A stretch of 64,000 nucleotides of DNA from an uncultured Gammaproteobacteria bacterium (GTDB lineage Bacteria; Pseudomonadota; Gammaproteobacteria; GCA-001735895): NCBI GenBank assembly GCA_913061315.1, contig CAJXUC010000007.1:7766-71765 (forward strand), read 5' to 3'. The translations under genes were made by a program, and so were the position numbers. Under the pieces are notes generated by a model. That model was not told the DNA's origin, made no database searches, and saw only the letters and a program-made list of their open reading frames with translations. Shown here in pieces: positions 42,610-52,096 of the stretch. The first letter of the stretch is position 1. Each line of letters starts with the position of its first letter.

Positions 42610-43695
42610 ATGTCAAAACTGCTGATTGTAATGTCTGTCGTATTACTTTCTGCTTGCTCGAATATAGGTTATTACTGGCACAGTACGAAAGGCCATCTGT
42701 CTATCATGAATAAGCGAGTCAATATCTCGACCCTGCTTGAAAACCCAAATCTTGATGCCCAGTTACGATCACGTCTCGTGTTAGTCCAGAAAATTAGAGC
42801 CTTTTCCATAACCAAATTATCGCTCCCTGATAACGACAGCTACACTAATTATGCCCAGTTAAATCAACCTTATGTATTGAAAAACTTGTTTGCTGCGCCA
42901 GAATTTTCGACCCACTTATTGAGCTGGTGTTATCCCATTGCTGGTTGTGCCAGCTACCGTGGTTATTACGACGAAACATTACTTTCTAAATTTGTAACCA
43001 CGCTTGAGACGGACCGCTCAGATGTTTATATTACGGAAGTACCCGCCTACTCAACACTTGGCTGGTTTAACGATCCAGTATTGAGTAGTTTTATTAACTG
43101 GCCTGATGCCCGTTTAGCGGGCTTGATCTTTCATGAACTTACCCACCAACGACTTTATATCGATAATGATACGCTGTTTAACGAATCACTGGCGTCTGCA
43201 GTTCAACGAATGGGCACTGAACTGTGGTTAAAGTCGAATCAACAATCTGATGAAATCGGGCAGTTTCGAGAATCAAACTTGTATCATCAAGCCGTTGTTA
43301 AGCTAATCCAAAAAACTCAGACTGAGCTTGGTATTCTTTACAAAACTGACATGCTAACTGAAAAAAAACGACAGCTAAAACAACAAATTTTGGACACTAC
43401 CATTGAACAACACGCCACAATGGCAAAATCTTTTAATAAAAAAAATGGTTATACGCGCTGGTTTTCATCGGGTCTAAACAATGCCAAATTAGCATCCATA
43501 TCTGCCTACAACACTCATATACCTGCATTCATCAACATAATGGATAGCCAACAAGATAGTTTCAAAAAATTCTTCGACTATGTTGAAACTATAAGTGAGT
43601 TGCCAAAGTCAAGGCGTGATCTCTGCCTTGATGCCTGGCAAAAAAACAAATTAACTCAAAGTAGCTGTGCAGTACAGCCAATCTCAGATGGATAA
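42610..43695 (+). CDS. Predicted zinc aminopeptidase lipoprotein (COG4324-like; HExxH = HELTH)
   Basis: Lipoprotein signal MSKLLIVMSVVLLSAC; HELTHQ motif. The start is moved to the ATG at 42610 in front of the lipobox. Confidence 0.6.
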   Translation: MSKLLIVMSVVLLSACSNIGYYWHSTKGHLSIMNKRVNISTLLENPNLDAQLRSRLVLVQKIRAFSITKLSLPDNDSYTNYAQLNQPYVLKNLFAAPEFSTHLLSWCYPIAGCASYRGYYDETLLSKFVTTLETDRSDVYITEVPAYSTLGWFNDPVLSSFINWPDARLAGLIFHELTHQRLYIDNDTLFNESLASAVQRMGTELWLKSNQQSDEIGQFRESNLYHQAVVKLIQKTQTELGILYKTDMLTEKKRQLKQQILDTTIEQHATMAKSFNKKNGYTRWFSSGLNNAKLASISAYNTHIPAFINIMDSQQDSFKKFFDYVETISELPKSRRDLCLDAWQKNKLTQSSCAVQPISDG

Positions 43696-43725
43696 ATTGG
43701 TTATTCGAAAGGAGTCGTTACCGAC

Positions 43726-44937
43726 ATGAAAACTAAACAAAATCAACAACCAGCGCTCTGTCTTTTGGCGGCCATTACTTTAACAACGGCGCTGGGATCC
43801 ATTCATGCATTTTCTGTTTTTTTATTGCCTTTTGAAGTCTTGTTACAAACGGGTCGGGCCCAAATTAGTCTTATTTATTCGGGTGCGCTCATTTGTTTAA
43901 CCATTAGCGTCCTGTTTGGACATCGAATATATTCACGACTAGCGCCGTCAACTCTGGGATTGGTGGCTTGTTTGGTAGCGGCAGCCGGCATCGTTATAGC
44001 GGGTAATAGCGACTCTTTTTGGTTGGTCGCGTTCGGTTATAGCGTCCTATTTGGGGCCGCCAATGGTGTTGGTTATGGCTTCGCATTACAAATTTCTGCA
44101 CAAGCAATGCCTCATAAACAAGGTTTTGCAATGGGTACGGTCACTGCATTTTATGCACTTGGGGCAACACTCGCACCAACAATATTTAACCATGGGCTAG
44201 CGCAAGGTGGAAATGAATACGGTATTTCAACAGCAATGAACATAGCTGGCATTATATTCGTTTGTGCGGGTGTAATTACCTGGGTTTTATTACACCAGTC
44301 TGGCGTTATCTTTAAATCTGAAACAAACAATCAGCCTGTTGCTCAACCGAGTAATCACTTCTTACAAGTATTATTATGGTTCGGATTTGGCAGCGGATCA
44401 CTAGCCGGTTTGATGGTGCTCGGCCACGCAACCGGTCTTGTACAATCAGCGGGAGGAAGCATTGCTATGTCAGTGACCGGTGCAATGATGATAGCGTTGG
44501 GTAACATGATCGGCGGCTTGTTGGCAGGGGTCCTAGCCGATCGAATCCGAATTGGCTTATTAATGATCCTTTTGCCTCTAATCTCAGCGATTGCATTAAT
44601 GCTAGCGCTTAATGACTTGAGTGCACTTCAACTACTCGGCACCCTCACCGTGGTTGGTTTTAGCTATGGTGCGATCATCGCGGCATACCCAATCGCCGTG
44701 TTAGCTATTTTTGGCTCGGCCGCTTCGTCTCGAATATATGGTCGTATTTTTACCTCTTGGGGCTTTGTTGGACTGTTAGGCCCTTGGTTAGGTGGTTATT
44801 TTTACGATAGCAGTGGACAATATAACTTAGCGATATCAGCAGCACTAGCAAGTAGCCTGCTTTCAGTATTAGTTGCTTACATTCTGTCTAAAAATACACT
44901 TAATTCAAATCAACCCCTCGGAACTTCAAGTGCATAG
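43726..44937 (+). CDS. MFS transporter (12 TM)
   Basis: Hydrophobic 403-aa protein with the MFS loop 2-3 motif region; OFA-like. Confidence 0.8.
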   Translation: MKTKQNQQPALCLLAAITLTTALGSIHAFSVFLLPFEVLLQTGRAQISLIYSGALICLTISVLFGHRIYSRLAPSTLGLVACLVAAAGIVIAGNSDSFWLVAFGYSVLFGAANGVGYGFALQISAQAMPHKQGFAMGTVTAFYALGATLAPTIFNHGLAQGGNEYGISTAMNIAGIIFVCAGVITWVLLHQSGVIFKSETNNQPVAQPSNHFLQVLLWFGFGSGSLAGLMVLGHATGLVQSAGGSIAMSVTGAMMIALGNMIGGLLAGVLADRIRIGLLMILLPLISAIALMLALNDLSALQLLGTLTVVGFSYGAIIAAYPIAVLAIFGSAASSRIYGRIFTSWGFVGLLGPWLGGYFYDSSGQYNLAISAALASSLLSVLVAYILSKNTLNSNQPLGTSSA

Positions 44938-45487
44938 AAACCAATTACTAAAATTACTCGTGGACTATGCTGTAAAAAATCCAGCTGAAAAGGCCTGTGT
45001 GGACCAGATTACAGAATTTATAAGTCAATATGACACATGCTTTAACAGAACGCTTGTGGCTGGACATATGACAGGATCAGCCTGGATCGTAAACTATGCA
45101 GGCATTCATACTTTGCTCACTCACCATAAAAAGTTGAATAAGTGGCTGCAACCGGGCGGTCATGCCGATGGCGATAGCGATATTTTACGCGTCGCAAAAC
45201 GTGAGGCGGATGAAGAGTCAGGGCTGAAGCGTCTAACGGTTGAGGATGGTCAAATATTCGATATAGATATCCATCAAATACCTGCCAGAGCGGATGAACC
45301 GCAACATTTACATTACGACATTCGTTTTGTTTTTCGAGCGATGGAATCTGAAGAATTTATTGTCAGCGAAGAATCACACGATCTCTCTTGGGTTGAAATA
45401 TCTAAACTGGAAGACTACAACGCAGAAGAATCGATGATGCGCATGGCAAAAAAATGGTTACAGCGACCCAGCAAAAATTTTCTCTAA
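44930..45487 (+). CDS. NUDIX hydrolase
   Basis: Nudix box GGHADGDSDILRVAKREADEESGL. Proposed GTG start at 44930 overlaps the MFS stop by 8 nt; the ORF track used a TTG at 44873. Confidence 0.7.
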   Translation: MHRNQLLKLLVDYAVKNPAEKACVDQITEFISQYDTCFNRTLVAGHMTGSAWIVNYAGIHTLLTHHKKLNKWLQPGGHADGDSDILRVAKREADEESGLKRLTVEDGQIFDIDIHQIPARADEPQHLHYDIRFVFRAMESEEFIVSEESHDLSWVEISKLEDYNAEESMMRMAKKWLQRPSKNFL

Positions 45488-46317
45488 AAGTGCTCTAAGA
45501 TAAAGTCTCGGTCATTGTTTAATGCTGGGATCTTACTGCGCGCCAAATCAACTTCGGTCAAATCAATATCAGCATAAATGATACCAGGTTCGTCACCACC
45601 ATCAGCCAGTATTTCGCCCCATGGATTGACTATGAGTGAATGACCCCAGGAATAACGTTTGTCGGCATGATGACCACATTGGTTAGGCGCAATAATGTAG
45701 CAACCCGTTTCAATCGCCCTTGCTTTTACCAAGGTATGCCAATGGGCCTTCCCTGTGGTTTGAATGAAGGCAGCAGGAATGGTAATAAACTGCGCACCGT
45801 TTTGAGCCAGTGCCCTGTAAAGAGCTGCAAACCGAAGATCGTAACAAATAGACATGCCAAGCTCGCCCCAGGGCGTCTTAGCTAACACTACTTTGTTGCC
45901 GGCGCTAATCACGCCCGATTCTAGATACGACTCACCATTGGCCAGCTCAATATCAAACATGTGAACCTTGTCATAACGCGCTGTAATGTCTCCTTGCCTA
46001 CTCACTAGAAAGCTACGATTAACAATTCGTTCATCCTCTAGCTTGATTAATTGAGAGCCTATCAGAATTGTCACTGCCAGCTGTTTTGCTTTATTTTGAA
46101 AAGCATTTAGGCCGACATCAAGCTCTTCAGTAAAGCATTGCGCTGGAATATTCTCATTAACTGGTTCAATTAAACCTACCGATTCTGGCATAGTAATGAA
46201 TTCAGCACCCGCCTCGTGCGCTTCGTCTATTCGTTGACAAACCCAGTTGATATTGGCGTTAATATCTCGCGTTGCAGTATTCTGAATACAGGCTGTTCGA
46301 AAGGTTTTAGACATCAA
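45484..46317 (-). CDS. Carbon-nitrogen hydrolase family protein (nitrilase/omega-amidase-like)
   Basis: E-K-C catalytic triad contexts (ITMPES, RYDKVH, SICYD); 277 aa. Confidence 0.8.
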   Translation of the reverse strand: MMSKTFRTACIQNTATRDINANINWVCQRIDEAHEAGAEFITMPESVGLIEPVNENIPAQCFTEELDVGLNAFQNKAKQLAVTILIGSQLIKLEDERIVNRSFLVSRQGDITARYDKVHMFDIELANGESYLESGVISAGNKVVLAKTPWGELGMSICYDLRFAALYRALAQNGAQFITIPAAFIQTTGKAHWHTLVKARAIETGCYIIAPNQCGHHADKRYSWGHSLIVNPWGEILADGGDEPGIIYADIDLTEVDLARSKIPALNNDRDFILEHF

Positions 46318-46674
46318 TTAATTCTGAAAGTTATAGTATTTGGACAATAGCATATTTTTTAGGGGTAACTAGATATACAAGTCGAGGGTTGAAATAACTA
46401 CCATACTTTAGTGTATGAATAGAAATTATTGTATCTACTCGGCCTGAATTGATAATATCCTTATTCCATAAAACATTAAATACGGCAACTAACTCTAAAT
46501 CATCTAGTCTACTTGAAGGACTGTTGACAATCGCTGTGAATAACACGGTATTTCTTGTATGGCCAACAAATGAAATTAGTGCCTTTCGTTCAGTTTTTAA
46601 CATAGGCAGAAATGGAAGTTCATTTTTTTGGCCTAACGTCTTGACTGTTTTATAACAATACATAAATTTGCCGG

Positions 46675-47595
46675 ATGCCCAAAATGACCGACTCTATTAA
46701 TAGCAATGACCAGCGCCATCTGCCAACCCTCACCGATGCAGGACTACAAGCCACAGCCAACGTCTTCTCTTATAATGAATACAACGAAGCAATCGAGGGT
46801 TCTGTCGCGGTCGAGCGGGCTTTAACGATCTATTTGGACAAACGTGAAATCGTTACCTTGATGACACTCGGTAACCACCCTGAATTGCTTATCCTTGGCT
46901 GGCTCCGAAATCAACGCTTAGTTCAAAACATAGAAGATGTTCAGTCAATTCAAGTCGATTGGGAAACTGAGGCTGTTGCCATTACCACCCATCACGGAAT
47001 CGAAGATCTAGACGGTAAGCTTAGTCACAAGACGGTTACTACTGGCTGCGGTCAGGGTACCGTCTTCGGTAATTTGATGGATGATATTGATAACCTGAAA
47101 ATGCAACAGCCCGTAGTCAAACAATCTGCTATTTATGATTTGCTGCAATCTCTCAATGAATACAACGAAGTCTACAAGAATGCAGGGGCAGTTCACGGTT
47201 GCGCCTTGTGCAGTATCGACTCGAAGCAAAGTGGGGTAGAGGGCGGTATTGAACAATTCATAGAAGATGTAGGTCGACATAACGCTGTTGATGCAATTGC
47301 GGGGTATATGTGGCTCAATAATCTCAGCGGTGAAGACAAGATTTTTTATACCACGGGCAGACTTACATCAGAAATGGTAATCAAAGTTGCTTTAATGCGT
47401 ATTCCTGTTTTGCTCTCTCGTTCGGGTATTACCCGTATGGGGTTAGATATCGCGGAAAAAGTTGGTGTCACCTTGATTGCACGGGCCAAAGGTCGTCATT
47501 TCCAGATCTACCATGGGCATGAAAAAATAGACTTTGATGCAATGCCTGCTACAAAGGCCATTAAAAGTCAAAAAAGTTCTCGAAGTTCTTCTTAA
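46675..47595 (+). CDS. fdhD: Formate dehydrogenase accessory sulfurtransferase FdhD homolog (atypical Cys motif)
   Basis: FdhD-family similarity throughout (GNHPELLILGW, VGRHNAVDAIAG). The Cys loop reads TGCGQGT instead of the canonical TGCGVCG. No formate dehydrogenase in the window. Confidence 0.75.
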   Translation: MPKMTDSINSNDQRHLPTLTDAGLQATANVFSYNEYNEAIEGSVAVERALTIYLDKREIVTLMTLGNHPELLILGWLRNQRLVQNIEDVQSIQVDWETEAVAITTHHGIEDLDGKLSHKTVTTGCGQGTVFGNLMDDIDNLKMQQPVVKQSAIYDLLQSLNEYNEVYKNAGAVHGCALCSIDSKQSGVEGGIEQFIEDVGRHNAVDAIAGYMWLNNLSGEDKIFYTTGRLTSEMVIKVALMRIPVLLSRSGITRMGLDIAEKVGVTLIARAKGRHFQIYHGHEKIDFDAMPATKAIKSQKSSRSSS

Positions 47596-47661
47596 CACTA
47601 CCTAGATGGATAGCTACCTCGTCCCCCCCTCTGTATCCAAAAATTTGAATTTGAAATTTAA

Positions 47662-47922
47662 ATGAGTCAGTTAATTACGACAGTTGGTCGTATTAATAGC
47701 CGAATGGAAAGTAAACCATTTGTCTTAAAAGTTAAAGTAAAACATCCGACCACCTCACACCATTGCTGGGCATATATTGCAGGGCAACCAGAGGGTACGC
47801 ATCAGTATGATCAAGCGATGCTAAATGCTCTCACTCATTCAGGACTTGGCAATACCAGTGTTGTTGTAACTCGCTACTTTGGGAGCATAAAACTGGATAC
47901 AGACGAACTGGTTCACGCCTAA
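47662..47922 (+). pseudogene. yigZ: Truncated, degenerate remnant of a yigZ/IMPACT-family gene
   Basis: 86-aa ORF containing the family HHCWAY and VVVTRYFG motifs. It stops after about 40% of the usual length; the DGEPxGTAG and GGxxLGxGG segments are degenerate. Confidence 0.6.
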
Positions 47923-48370
47923 AGCCAATCGGCCAGTGAGACATTAAAGCAGTTTGACACAACTCAACAACGGGTGACGTAAACAATTTTGGCCTCATTT
48001 CCTTATACCTGGCAATGAAAACTTAATTATTATTTGAGTAGACAGAACACCAACATTACAAGTCAGGCATTCGAATCAGAAGCAAGCTATTCACTCGCTG
48101 TCCCCATCAGCATGCTTGAGCTCATAAAAACTAAAATTCAAATTCGAACTCAGGGTCAGGTTAAAATAGAAAATTAATACCCGAGTCAGTGATCCAATAC
48201 TGTCAAATCAACATTTAAGTCTTTAACCAAACGCCTTGATTTTCGACTTACTCCTACTGAATGGTGTAAACTTATCTAATATAAAGTTTTATTAACAACA
48301 CTCAGATAATATTAGTGTTGATGCTCTCTTAAAAGAGCGCCCCATAAATTCTGACATACTGGCAGACATC

Positions 48371-49276
48371 ATGAACCAATTAGACGAATGGACACAATTA
48401 ATTTCAAAACGTCTTAAATCTGAAGCTGAACTAATTGGCCTGCAAGCTAAACACGAACTTTACCAAGACTCGGCGAGAGAGACTTTCATTCGAGTGGTAC
48501 TTGAACAATTCTTACCTGATAGTTTTGCTGTCGGCACGGGACGAGTGATCGATTCAGAAGGCAATAAATCAAGCGAACAAGACATCATTATTTATCGTCG
48601 CAGCTATCCACAATTTAATTTGCCCGGTGGCACTAATGTATACCTCCTAGAAAGTGTGCTGGCTACGCTTCAAGTTAAAACCAAACTGGTTCGGAAAACA
48701 TTTTTTGACGCTCTAGATCAGTGCGCATCAATGGCTCAGCTGCAACCCGTGATTGATCGCGCTGTGTTAACAAAAATTGCTGCAAAGAACAAACTTACGC
48801 TCAATCAACAGAACGAATATATCCACGATGATCCGTTGTTAAACGCTCGTTTTAATCTAATTGGTCGTCCACTTTCTTTTATTTACGCCTTTAACGGTTA
48901 TCAAGCAGCACCCAAACAATTTGAAGAAAGTATTCAAATGTGGATTGATTATAGGCGTGAAAAAAAGCTACAGATGGATATGAAATCTTGTGCAGCGGTT
49001 ATTGCAACTCAAGGTTGTTTTGCAACTCGTAATGCATCACCTTTTTCGTCAAAAAAGAACTTCCTCTTTGGGGTTGGTAACGACGAAGCTCCAGTTCGTC
49101 TCATTATTTTGCAATTGATACACGCTTTAAAACGTCAATTGCAAAAAGATAATTCTTGCCTAGGCGTGAAAAGGGGACTTGATGCTTATTTAAATAAAAT
49201 ACCATTGCCAAAAGTCACCAGCAGTATTGGCAATAACGGTCATACGACTGAAAAAAAGTCCTTCAATAAAAACTAA
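48371..49276 (+). CDS. Orphan hypothetical protein (301 aa), no recognisable family
   Basis: A clean ORF with ATG start, flanked by 448 nt and 455 nt of AT-rich non-coding DNA. N-terminal region FIRVVLEQFLPDSFAVGTGRVIDSEGNKSSEQDIIIYRR...VYLLESVLATLQVKTK is compatible with a restriction-endonuclease-like beta-strand core; this is speculative. Confidence 0.5.
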   Translation: MNQLDEWTQLISKRLKSEAELIGLQAKHELYQDSARETFIRVVLEQFLPDSFAVGTGRVIDSEGNKSSEQDIIIYRRSYPQFNLPGGTNVYLLESVLATLQVKTKLVRKTFFDALDQCASMAQLQPVIDRAVLTKIAAKNKLTLNQQNEYIHDDPLLNARFNLIGRPLSFIYAFNGYQAAPKQFEESIQMWIDYRREKKLQMDMKSCAAVIATQGCFATRNASPFSSKKNFLFGVGNDEAPVRLIILQLIHALKRQLQKDNSCLGVKRGLDAYLNKIPLPKVTSSIGNNGHTTEKKSFNKN

Positions 49277-49731
49277 AAGTAATGAACTACAGCCTAATAA
49301 AATTAAAAAATTGTCAGGCCTTGGGGCAGGCATTCAGCCAACGCTCTTATTGTTCAAACATTAAATTCAAACGTTTTTCAAATGAAAAAACGATGAATCC
49401 CAAAGAAAAGTAGCCTGACTTTTGGTTGTCAGATTACTGATGCTGGACTTTTTTGGCTTCTTAAATTTCGGCGGTTAAAAAAAAGGATCCACTTTTTCGA
49501 ATTTTTTACCATTGATTTATAAATAATCCACAGCACCATGAATAACTCAAGCATTCATCTATTATCAGACCTTGAACTATAGAATTGAATAATTAATCCG
49601 CATCAATTTAAAACTTCTGATTATACAATTGAACTCAAGGTTCAAGACTCCACCACTAGTGAGTGGGGAACATGGCTTGTTACCCATTATCTTGAATGAA
49701 TTTTCTGGCATCCGAATTCATTTAATTAAGC

Positions 49732-50016
49732 TTAGAAAGAATTAAAAACTTCACCAACATGAGGGTGAACTGAGTCAGCGTCAATAACACCAGAACTCAT
49801 CATGTCAGCAAATGTTTTACCCGCAATATCTGAAGCCGCATCCATGGCTTCTTGGTCTTTGTATTTAGCAATAACCACACCTTTACCATTGCCATAAGAA
49901 ATCAAATCAATGAACTCTGCACCTATGCCCTCGAGTACGCTGCGCATTTTTTCCGTGGCCTCTTTTAGCTTATCCATATCCGATGCTGCAAAACGTGTAA
50001 TTCTATAAACAGCCAT
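49732..50016 (-). CDS. Small GYD-domain-like alpha/beta protein
   Basis: 94 aa from the ATG at 50016 with a strong SD (GAGGA, 5 nt spacing). Pattern LEGIGAEFIDLISYGNGKGVVIAKYKDQEAMDAAS resembles the GYD family. Confidence 0.45.
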   Translation of the reverse strand: MAVYRITRFAASDMDKLKEATEKMRSVLEGIGAEFIDLISYGNGKGVVIAKYKDQEAMDAASDIAGKTFADMMSSGVIDADSVHPHVGEVFNSF

Positions 50017-50273
50017 AACTTCCTCACAATTTAAGTTTTTCATGCAGAACATCCCGCATAATTACAATGTGACAGATTATAGGAATACAGATGAAAATGC
50101 TTCCTATATATACGACTTCATCTAATTGCTTGATATCATTATTCGTAATAAGTGACCCTTTGGTTTTATGATGAAAATATCAACGCGACCAAATATCTAT
50201 TTTCAGCAAGACAGGGGTTAAGGCCACCCGTTACTATTTTTAAAATAAGTTTTCTCTTAAAAACCTTTCCTGT

Positions 50274-50735
50274 TCAAATCTTTTTTAGACGGGTGATTAA
50301 ATACTGATCCAATAAAGCCTCGACTGTCAGACCGACCGGTAAAGCACTATTATCAACTGCGTTAGTAAATGCCTTTTGCCAATTTGCATCGAACGAGTGC
50401 CAAAAAAAATGCTTTGCGTCAGGAAAACGGCGACCCTCACCAATCACTAATGCGTATAAACTCAATGCCTCACTAGTAAGCCACTGATCCTCTATTATTG
50501 CTGTTAATGTTAGACTATCTTTTATAAGACTTATTGTTGGTTGATTATTTTCTACCCAGGTTTTTATGACTGAATGCATCAAGGCAGCCTTATCAGGAAA
50601 ATGGTTATAGACCGTGGGTTTGGAAACACCACTTATTTTTACCACTAAATCAACAGAAGTTCCTTTAAAGCCATGCTCTAAGAATAATGTTAAAGCCGTC
50701 CGAATAATATGTTCTTTTTTTGATTTTTGTGCCAT
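50274..50735 (-). CDS. TetR-family transcriptional regulator
   Basis: TetR HTH (TSVDLVVKISGVSKPTVYNHF); divergent from trpB. Confidence 0.8.
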   Translation of the reverse strand: MAQKSKKEHIIRTALTLFLEHGFKGTSVDLVVKISGVSKPTVYNHFPDKAALMHSVIKTWVENNQPTISLIKDSLTLTAIIEDQWLTSEALSLYALVIGEGRRFPDAKHFFWHSFDANWQKAFTNAVDNSALPVGLTVEALLDQYLITRLKKI

Positions 50736-50766
50736 TAGCTATTGATTCTATACGAATAATATGCAA

Positions 50767-50788
50767 ACTATACTAAACCGTGTAGTTA
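50767..50788. promoter_or_regulatory. Imperfect palindrome AACTATAC-N6-GTGTAGTT, a candidate TetR operator in the tetR/trpB divergent region
   Basis: 8-bp arms with one mismatch, located between the two divergent start codons. Confidence 0.3.
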
Positions 50789-50819
50789 ATGTCATTCAAT
50801 AATAGTTTGGAGATTTAAT

Positions 50820-52091
50820 ATGATTCGAAGTAACAATGGATATTTTGGAGAATTCGGGGGTCGATTCGTCCCAGAAATCCTATTGCCAGCTCTAACGGAG
50901 CTTGAAGAACTATTTTTTGAACTACGAGATGATCCAGCTTTCTGGCAGGAGTATTTAACACTAACCCAAGAATTTAGTGGTCGACCCACGCCATTAACTC
51001 CTTTGCGTCGCTTATCAGAGCAACTCGGAGGTGCACAAATTTGGTTAAAACGCGAAGACTTGAATCATTCTGGTGCGCACAAAATTAACAATGTATTGGG
51101 TCAGGGGTTGCTGGTCCAACGCATGGGTAAAAAACGGGTCATAGCAGAAACTGGCGCCGGTCAGCATGGCTTAGCCACTGCAATTATGTCAGCAAAACTA
51201 GGGTTGGATGCAACAATATACATGGGTGCAGACGATATAGAGCGTCAATACTCCAATGTATTTTGGATGCGCCAACTGGGCGCAAACGTAGTGGGTGTAG
51301 AGACAGGTTCGAGAACTTTGAAAGAAGCTCTAGATGAAGCATTGCGAGATTGGGCTGCATCAGTAGAAACCACGCATTACGTACTTGGAACAGCTTGTGG
51401 CCCTGCGCCCTTTCCTGAATTAGTGTCTTACTTTCAAAGTGTTATCAGCCAAGAAATCAAGCAACAGTCGATGACTCAAATCGGCAAGCTGCCTGATGAA
51501 GTAGTGGCTTGTGTTGGAGGTGGTTCAAATGCAATGGGTGCCTTTTCAGCTTTCTTAGACGACAGCGAAGTCAAACTGGTGGGTATTGAAGCGGGTGGCC
51601 TTAGCCTCGAAGATGGCCAACATTCGGTTCGCTTATTGAAAGGCACAGGTGAGCCAGGCATAGCTCAAGGGTATAAAACATTATTTCTTCAAAATGATGA
51701 CGGACAATTGGGTGAAACACATAGTATTGCCGCGGGTCTTGATTATGTTGGCGTCTCTCCTATTTTGGCTCATTTATCGCAAACAGGCAGAGTGACTCCG
51801 GATTCTTCTAGTGATACGGAAGTCACCGATGCTTTCCAACTATTAATGAAGACAGAAGGAATTATTCCAGCAATGGAGTCTGCTCATGCTTTAGCTGGCG
51901 GCTTTAAAAGAGCTAAAACTATGAATAAAAATCAACACATGGTAATCAACCTTAGTGGGAGAGGCGATAAAGATATTTTTAACATTGCACGTGCATTTCC
52001 ACAGCGCGACTGGACCGAGTTTTTACAGCGTGAAGCAGAAAGATCGACTGATCAAATTAATGCACATTTAGCCACTGAATTAGCAGGATAA
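50820..52091 (+). CDS. trpB: Tryptophan synthase beta chain (C-terminal extension of about 25 aa)
   Basis: YFGEFGGRFVPE; PLP-lysine HSGAHKINN; GGGSNAMG; full-length TrpB1-type; 423 aa. Confidence 0.9.
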   Translation: MIRSNNGYFGEFGGRFVPEILLPALTELEELFFELRDDPAFWQEYLTLTQEFSGRPTPLTPLRRLSEQLGGAQIWLKREDLNHSGAHKINNVLGQGLLVQRMGKKRVIAETGAGQHGLATAIMSAKLGLDATIYMGADDIERQYSNVFWMRQLGANVVGVETGSRTLKEALDEALRDWAASVETTHYVLGTACGPAPFPELVSYFQSVISQEIKQQSMTQIGKLPDEVVACVGGGSNAMGAFSAFLDDSEVKLVGIEAGGLSLEDGQHSVRLLKGTGEPGIAQGYKTLFLQNDDGQLGETHSIAAGLDYVGVSPILAHLSQTGRVTPDSSSDTEVTDAFQLLMKTEGIIPAMESAHALAGGFKRAKTMNKNQHMVINLSGRGDKDIFNIARAFPQRDWTEFLQREAERSTDQINAHLATELAG

Positions 52092-52096
52092 TAGTT

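Noticed and set aside
46331-46663. 110-aa minus-strand ORF between the CN-hydrolase and fdhD
   Set aside because: No homology. It would leave only a 12-nt divergent promoter for fdhD. The region contains a plausible sigma70 -35/-10 (TTGACT...CATAAAT) for fdhD and is more likely regulatory.
49645-49685. tRNA-like 3' fragment (AAGGTTCAAGACTCCACC) as a possible integration-site remnant
   Set aside because: It cannot be folded into a T-arm/acceptor structure; the match to GGTTCAAxTCC is partial; there is no adjacent integrase. Left only as a weak note under the island finding.
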